Shown piece after piece: positions 1-9,262 of a DNA stretch of 64,000 bases. The notes under the pieces were generated by a model, which was not told where the DNA came from, did no database searches, and saw only the letters and a list, made by a program, of their open reading frames with translations. Origin of the DNA: a virus (taxonomy: Duplodnaviria > Caudoviricetes). Position 1 is the first letter of the stretch. Each line of letters starts with the position of its first letter. The DNA lies in the IMG/VR virus record IMGVR_UViG_640753059_000001. The stretch is one strand, 5' to 3'. A program made the position numbers and the translations under genes.

Positions 1-617
1 CCTTCCTTCAGTATTCCGCCTCCTCCTATGCCATCGCCTCCTTCTTTGGCCGCGCCGCGACGGTGGACTTTACCGGCAGCAAGACCACGCTGACCATGAA
101 GTTCAAGACCGAGCCGGGCGTGGCGGCCGAGACCCTGACGGAGACGCAGGCGGCTACGCTGAAGTCGAAGAATTGTAATGTTTTTGTTAACTACGACAAT
201 TCCACGGCCATCATCCAAGAAGGGGTGATGTCCAACGGCTACTTCTTCGACGAAGTGCAGGGACTTGATTGGCTGGAAAATTTCATTCAGACGGAAGTTT
301 GGAACCTGCTCTACACGAGCAAGACCAAGATTCCCCAGACCAACGCCGGCATGTCGCTGATCGCGACCAAGATTGAAAACTGCCTCCAGCAGGGCGTGGT
401 CAATGGCCTGATCGCTCCGGGCGTCTGGAATGCGGATGGATTCGGTGCTCTGGAGAACGGCGACTATCTGGAGACCGGATACTACGTCTACCACGCCGAT
501 ATCTCCACGCAGTCGCAGGCCGACCGCGAGGCGCGCAAGTCCGTGACCTTCCAGGTTGCCGTCAAACTTGCTGGCGCCGTGCACTTCGTCCTCACGCTCA
601 TCTGGGTCAATCGCTGA
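1..617 (+). CDS. Contractile tail sheath protein, DUF3383 type (5'-truncated)
   Basis: C-terminus '...KIPQTNAG...[10 protein letters not shown]...KLAGAVH...VNR' typical of this sheath family; upstream of tube gene. Confidence 0.85.
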   Translation, partial: FLQYSASSYAIASFFGRAATVDFTGSKTTLTMKFKTEPGVAAETLTETQAATLKSKNCNVFVNYDNSTAIIQEGVMSNGYFFDEVQGLDWLENFIQTEVWNLLYTSKTKIPQTNAGMSLIATKIENCLQQGVVNGLIAPGVWNADGFGALENGDYLETGYYVYHADISTQSQADREARKSVTFQVAVKLAGAVHFVLTLIWVNR

Positions 618-643
618 CCCGCGCTCCGCAATAGGAGGCTCCA

Positions 644-1078
644 ATCTCGACATACAGCTTCATGAACGTCACCGCGTCTATCGTCGGGACTGGTGGCTCC
701 TTCTCCCTTGGGTATGGGTCGGACAATGCCGAAGAGGGCATCTCCGTGTCGATGCTTGAGGACAAGAACACGATGATGGTGGGCGCGGACGGCGGCGTCA
801 TGCACTCTCTGCATGCAGGCCGCGCGGGGTCCATCACCGTCCGGCTGCTGAAGACCTCCCCGGTCAACAAGCAGCTCATGGACCTCTACCGCTTCCAGAC
901 ATCCACCCCTGCCAACCACGGCGCGAATACCCTCACGGTGCGCGACACCATGCGGGGCGATGTGGTCGTGGCGCAGAAGGTGGCCTTCCGGAAGATCCCG
1001 GACAACTCCTATGCCAAGGCCGGCAATATCCTCGAATGGGTGTTCGACTGCGGCATCATCGACGAGAAGCTCGGGTGA
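644..1078 (+). CDS. Tail tube protein (DUF3277-like); probable start at ATC 644 rather than ATG 662
   Basis: GGAGG at 634-638 precedes in-frame ATC-TCG-ACA-TAC-AGC-TTC ('xSTYSF'); follows sheath. Confidence 0.75.
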   Translation: MSTYSFMNVTASIVGTGGSFSLGYGSDNAEEGISVSMLEDKNTMMVGADGGVMHSLHAGRAGSITVRLLKTSPVNKQLMDLYRFQTSTPANHGANTLTVRDTMRGDVVVAQKVAFRKIPDNSYAKAGNILEWVFDCGIIDEKLG

Positions 1079-1083
1079 GCCCA

Positions 1084-1563
1084 ATGGATGACGAATTTGA
1101 ACTCAGCGGGATCAGGTACCGGGCGCGCAAGATGAGCGCCAAGGACCAGCTCTTCGTCGCCCGGAAGCTCACCCCCCTCATCGGCTCTTTCGTCCCGCTC
1201 TTGCAGATGGCGGCCAAGCAGGCGTCAGTCGGCGGCAACATTTCCGGCGCGATCATGTCGCTTGATGTGGAGCAGGTCATGCCACTTGCTCAGGGCATCG
1301 CCAGCCTGCCGGAGAGCGACACGGACGACCTTATCGCCCGGTGCCTGTCCCACGTCCAGAGGGGATCTGTGTCGCCTGCTGGCACCACATGGTCAAACGT
1401 CTGGTCCACCTCCGCCGGTAAGCCCATGTTTGAGGACATCGACCTCATGTCGATGCTGACCCTTGTCGCGCATGTCGTGCGAAAGGACCTCGGAAATTTT
1501 ATTCCCGCCCTGTTCTCCGGTTCGATCGGCGGGGCGGGGCTAATCCAGACGTCGAACTCGTAA
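1084..1563 (+). CDS. Tail assembly chaperone (gpG-like)
   Basis: Between tube and tape measure; slippery heptamer A-AAT-TTT at 1494-1500. Confidence 0.8.
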   Translation: MDDEFELSGIRYRARKMSAKDQLFVARKLTPLIGSFVPLLQMAAKQASVGGNISGAIMSLDVEQVMPLAQGIASLPESDTDDLIARCLSHVQRGSVSPAGTTWSNVWSTSAGKPMFEDIDLMSMLTLVAHVVRKDLGNFIPALFSGSIGGAGLIQTSNS

Positions 1564-1739
1564 CTCTACCTGACGGCATGGACTGGCTGCTTCATCCGGT
1601 GCAGCAGGGTTGGTGCAAATACGAGAGCCTTCTGGATGGAACTCTCGACCTCTGCGACATCGCCATCATGAACGAGGCAATCGCGGTGCATGGGGAAAAT
1701 TCCAGGCGCATGCAGGATGCCCTAAGGCCGAAGGTGTGA
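1494..1739 (+). CDS. -1 frameshift extension of tail chaperone (gpGT-like)
   Basis: -1 frame open from 1500 to TGA 1737-1739: '...LPDGMDWLLHPVQQGWCKYESLLDGTLDLCDIAIMNEAIAV...'; not in ORF track. Confidence 0.8.
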   Translation, partial: KFYSRPVLRFDRRGGANPDVELVTLPDGMDWLLHPVQQGWCKYESLLDGTLDLCDIAIMNEAIAVHGENSRRMQDALRPKV

Positions 1740-1740
1740 T

Positions 1741-3534
1741 GTGGCAGAAACCATCGGCGACTACCTCGTTAAGCTTGGCCTTCAGGTCGATAAGGCGCAA
1801 GAGCAGCGCTTTAACGCCGCTCTCGGAAACCTCTCCAAGACCCTGACGACGATGGCGGCCGGCCTCGCCGCTGCTGCCACGGCGATCCAGGTGACAGTCG
1901 TCGCGGTTTCCAAGTCGTTCGATAACCTCTATTTCGCGGCCCAGCGGACGGGCTCCACGGTGCAGGGCATCAAGGCCCTGTCCTATGCCTTCGGGCAGAT
2001 CGGAAGCTCTGGAAACGAAGCCCAGTCGGCCCTTGAGGGGCTGGCGAAGGCCATGCGCACAAACCCCGGCATCGGGAAGTGGCTCAATGCACAGGGCATC
2101 GCGACTGAGGGCCGGAAGACCGAGGAAGTCCTCGGCGACATCTTCGAGCAGTTCAAGAAGAAGCCATACTATATCGGGGCGCAGTTTGCCCAGCTCGCGG
2201 GCATCAGCGAAGACACCTTCAACAAGGCATCGTCGCAGTGGGCCGAAGTCAAGAAGTTCGTCAAGGAATATGAGGAGACGCAGCGCAAGTTCGGGGTAGA
2301 CCCTGACAAGGCGGCAAAAAGCTCCAACGAGTTGATGACAGCGTTCCGTGGGCTCATGGGCCACGTTGACGCGCTGTTGACCAAGATCACCGTCGCTCTA
2401 CAGCCGCAGCTTACTCAGATCCTCAAGGATGTTGGGGCGTGGTTTGAGCAGCATCAGGAGCAGATCGTCAGGATCTTGAACCAGATCCTTGAGGCGGTGA
2501 AGGGGCTGATCTCCGACTTTATCGCGCTCGGGAAGGCGCTCGAGCCTGTCGTCGAGAAGTTCGTGGCGATGGCTGAGGCTCTGACCGGGAAGCACGGCCT
2601 CGAAGCCGCACTCCTCTTGGTCACAGGCGGCGCATTGGCTGCATTCGTCGCCAAATGGGCCATCTTCTTCGGGATGCTAGCGAAGTACGCCCCGCTCATC
2701 GCGGTCCTCACCGCCATGGGCTGGGATATGTTCTATGCGACGGACCAGGAGAAGCTGGATATCGGAGGCGGCGTCAATGATGCCATCAACGGCCCTGCCG
2801 GCGGCGCTGACAACTGGTGGACGCGGACGCAGAACCGTGTTCGTGGAATGCTGGGCATGGGGCCAGTGGACAATAAGGGCAAGCCGGTAGATCAGGGGGG
2901 GCAGTCCCAGTCTCCCGCCGGCGCTCCGAATGCTCCGGGCATGGCCCAGATCACGACCAAATCGGGCAAGACTGCATGGGTCGGCAAGGAATATCAGGCG
3001 CAGTTCCAAGGATTTATCAACGACCTTGAGGCTCAGGGGTACAACATCAACGATATCGGGGGCTATGCGAACCGCCGGAACGTGAATGACCCCAGTAAAA
3101 TGTCGGCCCATGCTTACGGTATGGCAATCGACGTGAACCCATCGGCGAATCCGAACGGGACGACGCAGTCCGACCTTCCCATCGGGACTGGTGAGCTTGC
3201 CAAGAAGTGGGGGCTCGGGTGGGGGATGAACTGGTCTAAGACCAAAGACCCCATGCATTTCTCGACTGACCCATATGAAGGTGGGAAGGCACTTACGCCG
3301 GATCAGTTGAAGCAGCTTCAGGACGAACAGGCATCCCGGCTGAAGGACAAGCAGAGCGAGTTGATGGGGGCACCTCTTGGGGGCTCCACCACCCGCTCAG
3401 CGTCCCTCTCCAACCGGACCAACATCACGATCTACGGCTCGACCGATCCCGCCGGCACCGCCGCCAACCTCGGCGGGGCGCAGAGCCGGATTGCCTCGGA
3501 CCTGATCCGCAACGCACAGAGCGCATTCGTCTGA
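1741..3534 (+). CDS. Tape measure protein 1 with C-terminal M15 (LAS) peptidase domain
   Basis: Helical Ala-rich N-terminus after chaperones; 'SAHAYGMAIDVN...GLGWG...DPMHF' Zn-peptidase motifs. Confidence 0.8.
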   Translation: MAETIGDYLVKLGLQVDKAQEQRFNAALGNLSKTLTTMAAGLAAAATAIQVTVVAVSKSFDNLYFAAQRTGSTVQGIKALSYAFGQIGSSGNEAQSALEGLAKAMRTNPGIGKWLNAQGIATEGRKTEEVLGDIFEQFKKKPYYIGAQFAQLAGISEDTFNKASSQWAEVKKFVKEYEETQRKFGVDPDKAAKSSNELMTAFRGLMGHVDALLTKITVALQPQLTQILKDVGAWFEQHQEQIVRILNQILEAVKGLISDFIALGKALEPVVEKFVAMAEALTGKHGLEAALLLVTGGALAAFVAKWAIFFGMLAKYAPLIAVLTAMGWDMFYATDQEKLDIGGGVNDAINGPAGGADNWWTRTQNRVRGMLGMGPVDNKGKPVDQGGQSQSPAGAPNAPGMAQITTKSGKTAWVGKEYQAQFQGFINDLEAQGYNINDIGGYANRRNVNDPSKMSAHAYGMAIDVNPSANPNGTTQSDLPIGTGELAKKWGLGWGMNWSKTKDPMHFSTDPYEGGKALTPDQLKQLQDEQASRLKDKQSELMGAPLGGSTTRSASLSNRTNITIYGSTDPAGTAANLGGAQSRIASDLIRNAQSAFV

Positions 3535-5462
3535 TGGCCACCATAGAGGAGTTCCTTGTCTCGCTCGGCTATGCCGTCCGCGAGAGCGAGGTCAACGCCT
3601 TTGAGGGGACGATCAAGAAGGCTGAATCGCTTGTCCTGAAACTCGGCGCGGCGCTTAATTCCTTTGAACGGAAGGCGGCGGCACTCTTCGTTGGGGCTAC
3701 GGACGAACTCGACCGGCTGAACTTCGCAGCCCAGCGCACCGGCTCATCCGTCGATGAGCTTCGTGCCCTCACCTACGCCATGCAGCAGTTGGGCATGAGC
3801 GGGCGTGGGGCTGAGGCGCTGGTGGGTGGGTTCGCCCAACGCCTGCGGCAGTTTCCCGCCATGGCGAGCCTCCTTCAGGGGCTCGGGGTTCAAGCCTCGG
3901 TCAATGGACGGGCCCGCGACCAGGCCGTCGTGATGCGGGATGCCGTAAAGGCGCTGAACAAGATCGAGTATTACCCCTTGGCAGCGCGCTATGCCGAGGT
4001 GCTTGGAATTCCGGAGGAGGATTACAACGTCCTCCGGCAGAACGGCGACAAGATCGACCGCCTCGCAGATGAACAGAAGGCCCTCTTTGATCGCTACGGC
4101 GTCAACGGCAATCAGGCGGGGGAAAGCTCCACCCTCCTGAGGATCGGCTGGCGCCAGACGCTCATGACGTTGGACGCCCTGTTCTCCAAGATCGCCTTGG
4201 AGGTCGGCCCGGCTATCACCCCAGTCATTGAGCGGCTGAAAGAGTGGATCGACAGGAACCAGGACCGCATTGTCGCCGTGTGCCTCGCGCTCGTGGCTGT
4301 TGCCGGCGACCTTGCCAATGGCTTGCAGGCATTCGCTGAGAAGCTTTTTGGATCGGGGGATGGCTTCCTCAACTTCCTTGAGTGGGCCACGGGATCAAAC
4401 GGCATCATCCGCGTGGCGGAGGTGTTCGCGGGAACGTGGGTTGCGACAACCGTCGCTGCCTTCCTCGGTCCTATCGGCATCATCATTGCCGGCCTACTTG
4501 GTATCGCGGCCCTGCTCATGCCGGGCAAGGCGAATGCATCTGAGGCGCGGCATCAGGGCGGCGGTGGAAATGCTGCCTCTGGCGGGGCGGCCGCTGGCGG
4601 TGCTCGTGGGGCCTCCCACGGCGGGTCTGGATCGCGGGCCCCCTCGGACAAGGGTAAGGGCGCAAGTGGGTCGTGGTGGGGTTCCTTGGGAAAGTCTCGG
4701 TCACGCGCAGCCGGAGGCGCTGGTGCGGCGGGGGCATCTGAGCCTTTCACCCCGACGACAAGCACGGATTCCGTCCCGGCTCTGGCCGATGTCCGAAAGC
4801 AGTTCGCGGAGGAGCTAAACGACCCTGCCGTCGCGGCGCGCCTCGCTGCCTATGCCGAGGCGGAAGTGGGGAGCCAAGGCGCGGAAGCCCAGCAAGCGTT
4901 TATCGAGAGCATTATGAACCGGGCTGCGGCGCGGGGGCAGAGTATCGCTCAGGTGCTATCTAGTAGCAGCAGCTATTTTCCAAGGAGCACGCATAATCGC
5001 GCCGCCCAGCTTATGAACAACCCCCGGATCGCCGCAAAGTACCAGGGGATCGTCGCGGCAGTTCTGGGGGGCTCTAACATCTCACTGTTTGCCACCGGAA
5101 ACGCCTCTGACGGCGTTGGTTTCGGGGGCGGGCCGCGCACGAAAAGCTATGGCGGGGAAGACTTCGGCATTGAAAAGCCCGACATGCCGTGGGTCAAGAG
5201 AATGCAGGCGATCACACGGAAGTCGGAGCCGCCGGGGCCAATGCCGGCGATTCCTCCTGATTTTCAGAATATCGACCCAAACACCATGTTCGAGGCGCCC
5301 CCCTTGGGAGCCACGGAAACCACATCCTCTCTCAACGCAGATCAGGTCTCAGAGATTGTGGTGCATGGCGACCCGGACCCGTCCCGGACGGCTGCGGAAG
5401 TCGGGGCCGCACAGAGCCGGATCAATGGCGACTTCGTCGAACAAGCTTCAAAGGCTGCGTGA
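3534..5462 (+). CDS. Tape measure protein 2 (paralog) with putative lysozyme-fold/SleB-like hydrolase domain
   Basis: Shares N- and C-terminal motifs with TMP1; 'AEVGSQGAEAQQAFIESIMNRAAARG' after Gly-rich linker. Confidence 0.7.
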   Translation: MATIEEFLVSLGYAVRESEVNAFEGTIKKAESLVLKLGAALNSFERKAAALFVGATDELDRLNFAAQRTGSSVDELRALTYAMQQLGMSGRGAEALVGGFAQRLRQFPAMASLLQGLGVQASVNGRARDQAVVMRDAVKALNKIEYYPLAARYAEVLGIPEEDYNVLRQNGDKIDRLADEQKALFDRYGVNGNQAGESSTLLRIGWRQTLMTLDALFSKIALEVGPAITPVIERLKEWIDRNQDRIVAVCLALVAVAGDLANGLQAFAEKLFGSGDGFLNFLEWATGSNGIIRVAEVFAGTWVATTVAAFLGPIGIIIAGLLGIAALLMPGKANASEARHQGGGGNAASGGAAAGGARGASHGGSGSRAPSDKGKGASGSWWGSLGKSRSRAAGGAGAAGASEPFTPTTSTDSVPALADVRKQFAEELNDPAVAARLAAYAEAEVGSQGAEAQQAFIESIMNRAAARGQSIAQVLSSSSSYFPRSTHNRAAQLMNNPRIAAKYQGIVAAVLGGSNISLFATGNASDGVGFGGGPRTKSYGGEDFGIEKPDMPWVKRMQAITRKSEPPGPMPAIPPDFQNIDPNTMFEAPPLGATETTSSLNADQVSEIVVHGDPDPSRTAAEVGAAQSRINGDFVEQASKAA

Positions 5463-6001
5463 TGGTCGATATTGTTGAGGCTGTGGTGGGAACCGTCAGC
5501 CAGATCCTCATCGGCTCCGGCCGGTCCATCGGTGGGATCAAGCCAGATATCGTGGTCGAAGAGACTTCGCGCGATAGCCTCTTCATCACCAACCACCCGG
5601 TGGAAAAGGGCGCGGCCATTTCGGACCACGCCTTCAAAATGCCGGTGGAATGCGAGATGCGCTGTGGGTGGTCTGATTCCGGCCACTTCCAAGGGTATAG
5701 CCGGGCGATTAACGCCGCCCTCATCGCCCTCCAGGCGCAGCGCCAGCCGTTCACGGTGGTGACGGGGAAGCGGACCTATCGGAACATGCTTCTTGCCGGG
5801 ATCGAGGTCTCTACCTCTGCCGGCTCGGAATATGCCCTGCTTGTCCGCTGCCTCCTGAGAGAGGTGATCATCGTCGGGACTTCTACCGTGTCGTCCGGCA
5901 GCGCAGGAACGCAGGCGGATGCCGCGCGGACGGGTGGGACTACGAGTGGGGGGCAGAGGCAGGCCATTCCGTCAAGTGCAGGCGGTATCGGTCACGCGTG
6001 A
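5459..6001 (+). CDS. Baseplate/tail initiator (Dit-like) protein
   Basis: 'ITNHPVEKGAAISDHA' motif; downstream of TMP. Confidence 0.75.
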   Translation: MMVDIVEAVVGTVSQILIGSGRSIGGIKPDIVVEETSRDSLFITNHPVEKGAAISDHAFKMPVECEMRCGWSDSGHFQGYSRAINAALIALQAQRQPFTVVTGKRTYRNMLLAGIEVSTSAGSEYALLVRCLLREVIIVGTSTVSSGSAGTQADAARTGGTTSGGQRQAIPSSAGGIGHA

Positions 6002-6022
6002 GAGTTTGGCGATAACGCCAAT

Positions 6023-6427
6023 TCACTCCCCTTCGAATGTGATGATAGCGGACAGAATGAATGGTCCCGGCAAGTATGGTGCCCGGCTCACGATCCCTGT
6101 AATTTCCATCGCTCGGCACCATCTTGATGCCGGCCATGATCGGCAGTTATTGATTATATATCGTAAGGTTTCCCTATCTGCCGATCTCGTGTCAATATTT
6201 ATGACTTCGCCGCCCTTCATGCATGGTATAAACTCTCCCTGCGATCCGATAATGTTGCATCCATCAGTTATGGTGATGCGATGACCGATCAGTTTGTCAG
6301 CATCAACGATTGCATCAGCAAAAGATATTCGCGATCTATCGGCGGGGATCTGCTCCTCGCCCATAGCTAACGATGGGAAAAGAGCGATAGCTACGCAGGA
6401 GGGTATCACGCGTAAAAGTGACCACAT
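6023..6427 (-). CDS. Secreted Cys-containing hypothetical protein (moron)
   Basis: Signal-peptide-like N-terminus 'MWSLLRVIPSCVAIALFPSLAMG'; lower GC; opposite strand. Confidence 0.55.
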   Translation of the reverse strand: MWSLLRVIPSCVAIALFPSLAMGEEQIPADRSRISFADAIVDADKLIGHRITITDGCNIIGSQGEFIPCMKGGEVINIDTRSADRETLRYIINNCRSWPASRWCRAMEITGIVSRAPYLPGPFILSAIITFEGE

Positions 6428-6443
6428 CGGACTATCCTTCTTA

Positions 6444-6962
6444 TTAAAGTTGAGCCTCTGCGTAGCACCTACAATAGCCTTCCGGGCATAAAGAGTGTGT
6501 TCCTGGGGGGCCACAAGGGGGTGGCGCGCCCCAGGAAAATAGTTTCCCGTCATGCTTGGCGCAGATGGGGCAAACGTCGGTGTCGCCAGCGGATCTCCAA
6601 CGGTACTTTTTGCTCCCGACGTGCATCGCTTGCTGTCGAGTGCGGTCGAAGGAGACGGCGCCGCGCAAGCGCATTTCGTATGCGAATCGAGCCGCATCGG
6701 CCGCGCGCTCGTCTTCAGAAAGGCCGCGCCTCCTCGGGGGTCGTGGCCTCACATTGCCGAGGCGCAGTTCGTAGTCGGAAGGGTCTATATCTAGCCTTTG
6801 GGGCGCGGGCTTCTGGGTAACCCACCGCTTTATCCGAGAAGCCGCAGAAAATACTGCGGCCAGCAAAATGACCGCTATGCCGAGCACCGCCCACGTCATC
6901 GCCAACCTACCAAAGAGTCGTTCCTGCTCCCGACTAGGCGTCGGGGGAGTTATCTCGTTCAA
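6444..6962 (-). CDS. Membrane-anchored protein with MuF/minor-head-type Cys domain
   Basis: N-terminal TM helix; 'YRWRSAGDTDVCPICAKHDGK...CRCYAE'. Confidence 0.65.
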   Translation of the reverse strand: MNEITPPTPSREQERLFGRLAMTWAVLGIAVILLAAVFSAASRIKRWVTQKPAPQRLDIDPSDYELRLGNVRPRPPRRRGLSEDERAADAARFAYEMRLRGAVSFDRTRQQAMHVGSKKYRWRSAGDTDVCPICAKHDGKLFSWGAPPPCGPPGTHSLCPEGYCRCYAEAQL

Positions 6963-7161
6963 GAGGCATAAGCCCCTGGGCTGTGAACCAATCTTTGAGG
7001 ATGTACCGGACGATATCCGCGCGCGATATCTCCTCGCCCCAGTCGGAGACTAGCTTATCTAGTGGGGCCAACAGGTCGTCATGCATTCGCACCGCGACTT
7101 GCACCCCCTTCCCTGTAGGGAGGGGCCCCCGGCTTCCTGGTCTGCGTTTTGTTTCTTGCAT
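6934..7161 (-). CDS. Ribbon-helix-helix DNA-binding protein (Arc/Mnt-like)
   Basis: 'GKGVQVAVRMHDDLLAPLDK...ISRADIVRYIL'. Confidence 0.7.
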   Translation of the reverse strand: MQETKRRPGSRGPLPTGKGVQVAVRMHDDLLAPLDKLVSDWGEEISRADIVRYILKDWFTAQGLMPLERDNSPDA

Positions 7162-7255
7162 AGCGGCACAAACTGTGGGAGCATGGTTTCTGTCGAGCCG
7201 AGGGGAGGGATAGGAGCCTCCCCACCGGCTCTAACCCCAGGCAAGGACAGACCCC

Positions 7256-7441
7256 ATGCCCAAGGCTACCCATACCGTTATCACAGTTTCGCGCCGCTCC
7301 GAAGACGCAGCGACGCTTACCCTCATGCTTCTGAAGGCGGCCATTCTCGGCTCTGGGGATGAGCCGGCGCTGGTGAAGGCCGCACCGAAGCGCCCGGTTC
7401 TCACCGATGGTGCCGCCAAGAAGATGAAGGAGATCGCGTGA
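7256..7441 (+). CDS. Small hypothetical protein
   Basis: AAGGA RBS; stop overlaps next start (GTGA). Confidence 0.5.
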   Translation: MPKATHTVITVSRRSEDAATLTLMLLKAAILGSGDEPALVKAAPKRPVLTDGAAKKMKEIA

Positions 7442-8091
7442 TGGGCGACCTGATCACGGTTTCCGATCTGGAAGTGCGCGATGGCGTGGCGCGGGTTGAG
7501 GATGCCCGCCTTGCTGAGGCTCTGGGCTTCGTCCAAAAGCAGATGATCCGGCCGCTTATCAAGAGGCATATTGAGGCGCTGCAACGGTTCGGAGAGGTTT
7601 ATTTCATACGAAATAAACCCGGTCCCAAGGGCGGGCGCCCCTCACAGGTGTTCTACCTCAACGAAGAGCAGGCCATTTTCATCACCGCCAAGTCGGACAC
7701 CCCGAGGGCGGCGGAAATCACGGTGGAGATGGTCCGGGTTTTCCGAGCCTACCTCAAGGGAGAAGAGAAGCCGGTGAGGGTGCGCCAGCATCGGCGGACG
7801 CTCCCCGGCGGACAACTGGCGCTTCCTGCTCCCGAGATGCCGCAGGAGCCCTTCGCGGCGCACCTTGATCTCTTGCAGGACCTGAAGGCGGCAGTCTCCT
7901 CCGCCCGCGTCCGGGTCATGCTTCAGGAGACGGAAGACTTCGGCCTCGCTCTGGAAGAGGTGCTGGTGGACCGGATCAAGATCCTGAACGGCAAGGTCGC
8001 GAGCGGGAAGACGCTATTAGACTGGGACCTTCGCAGGACTGGAGGTGTCAGGAACAGCTATCGCAGCTTAGTGGAAAAGGTGAGGGCCTGA
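7438..8091 (+). CDS. Antirepressor/Rha-like regulatory protein
   Basis: 'GPKGGRPSQVFYLNEEQAIFITAKSDT' motif. Confidence 0.7.
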   Translation: MMGDLITVSDLEVRDGVARVEDARLAEALGFVQKQMIRPLIKRHIEALQRFGEVYFIRNKPGPKGGRPSQVFYLNEEQAIFITAKSDTPRAAEITVEMVRVFRAYLKGEEKPVRVRQHRRTLPGGQLALPAPEMPQEPFAAHLDLLQDLKAAVSSARVRVMLQETEDFGLALEEVLVDRIKILNGKVASGKTLLDWDLRRTGGVRNSYRSLVEKVRA

Positions 8092-8272
8092 GCATTGGCG
8101 TCGCGCCGCTGGACTAGGCGCGTCTGGAGTGGCAGACCATAATAGCGTTCTCCCCCTGTTCTCAGGGGAGGCGACGGCGGGGTTCGGTTCTCTAGGCAGG
8201 ACCCCGCCGTCTAGTCCCACGCCGGATTTCACGATCCGGGCAGTTCCACCCGCAGCATTCGAGGTGCCGAAA

Positions 8273-9058
8273 GTGACGACCCATCATATCGCAGTCCCCG
8301 CCCTCATTTTCAACGGCGTTGAGATCCACGACCGCAACGAGATGCTCTGCCTCACCGACATGTGGCGAGCCGCTGGCGCGGTGGAGGCCAAGCGCCCCTC
8401 CAATTGGACCCGCAAAGAAGGGGCTGAGTTCATTGAGCATGTGTCGCTGATCCTGAATGTGCCCCACGGGCATATTCAGACCCAGCGCGGCGGAAGCGGA
8501 GCAGGGCGCGGTGCGACGTTCGCCCACTGGCAGATCGGCCTCGCCTACGCTAAGTACCTCAGCCCCGAGTTCCACATGTGGTGCAACACGGTGGTCCGCG
8601 AACGGATGGAGGGCAAGCCGGTGGCGCCCGCGTTCGTGCTTGACGAGACCCAGAAGAACGCCATCGGCGGTATCGTGAAGGGGGTGCTTGCCAAGCAACT
8701 CGAATCGGTCGTTCCCGCGCTGGTGTCTCATCTTCTCCCGACCGCCGTCGCCGGCTACATCGCCGACCACAATCTCGCGCTCGCCGATGGCCTGACCGCT
8801 GGTGAGGTCTGCGACCTCGCGAAGGTGGCGACCACTTACCCGCGTGGCGTGTCCGGCCGTGTGAGTGCCCGCCTCACCAAGTTCTGCCAGCGGAACGGGG
8901 AGCGCCCACGCATCTCCCGCCTTGGCCGGGTCCGTGCCCAGCTCTTCCCCACCCACCTTGTCCGCGACTGGCTGGATGTTGAGGGCCGCGCCCTCATCCG
9001 TCGCTGGATCGACGAGAAAAAGGGGCAGGGCGCCTTGAAGCTCGTGCCGAAGTCCTAG
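8273..9058 (+). CDS. KilA-N domain antirepressor
   Basis: 'MLCLTDMWRAAG...RPSNW...ATFAHWQIGLAYAKYLSPEFHMW'; GAGGTG RBS before GTG 8273 (ORF track start 8129). Confidence 0.85.
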   Translation: MTTHHIAVPALIFNGVEIHDRNEMLCLTDMWRAAGAVEAKRPSNWTRKEGAEFIEHVSLILNVPHGHIQTQRGGSGAGRGATFAHWQIGLAYAKYLSPEFHMWCNTVVRERMEGKPVAPAFVLDETQKNAIGGIVKGVLAKQLESVVPALVSHLLPTAVAGYIADHNLALADGLTAGEVCDLAKVATTYPRGVSGRVSARLTKFCQRNGERPRISRLGRVRAQLFPTHLVRDWLDVEGRALIRRWIDEKKGQGALKLVPKS

Positions 9059-9073
9059 CCCATAGGCCAGCAT

Positions 9074-9232
9074 ATGACGCGAGTGGATACGATTGAGCGG
9101 CTTGTGGCCGAGTTCATTCTGGCCCTCCAGAAGGAGGGGTATGGACCGGTAGACATCGCCGCTGCGCTTTCTGCTGCGGCTGGCGCCGTCATGGACCAAG
9201 CCGACGAGGAAGAGACGGCGGAGGCCTCTTAG
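9074..9232 (+). CDS. Small hypothetical protein (52 aa)
   Basis: Open frame MTRVDTIERLVAEF...EAS between KilA-N gene and terminator. Confidence 0.45.
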   Translation: MTRVDTIERLVAEFILALQKEGYGPVDIAAALSAAAGAVMDQADEEETAEAS

Positions 9233-9262
9233 GCTCCCCCGATCGCACAACCAAACGACACC

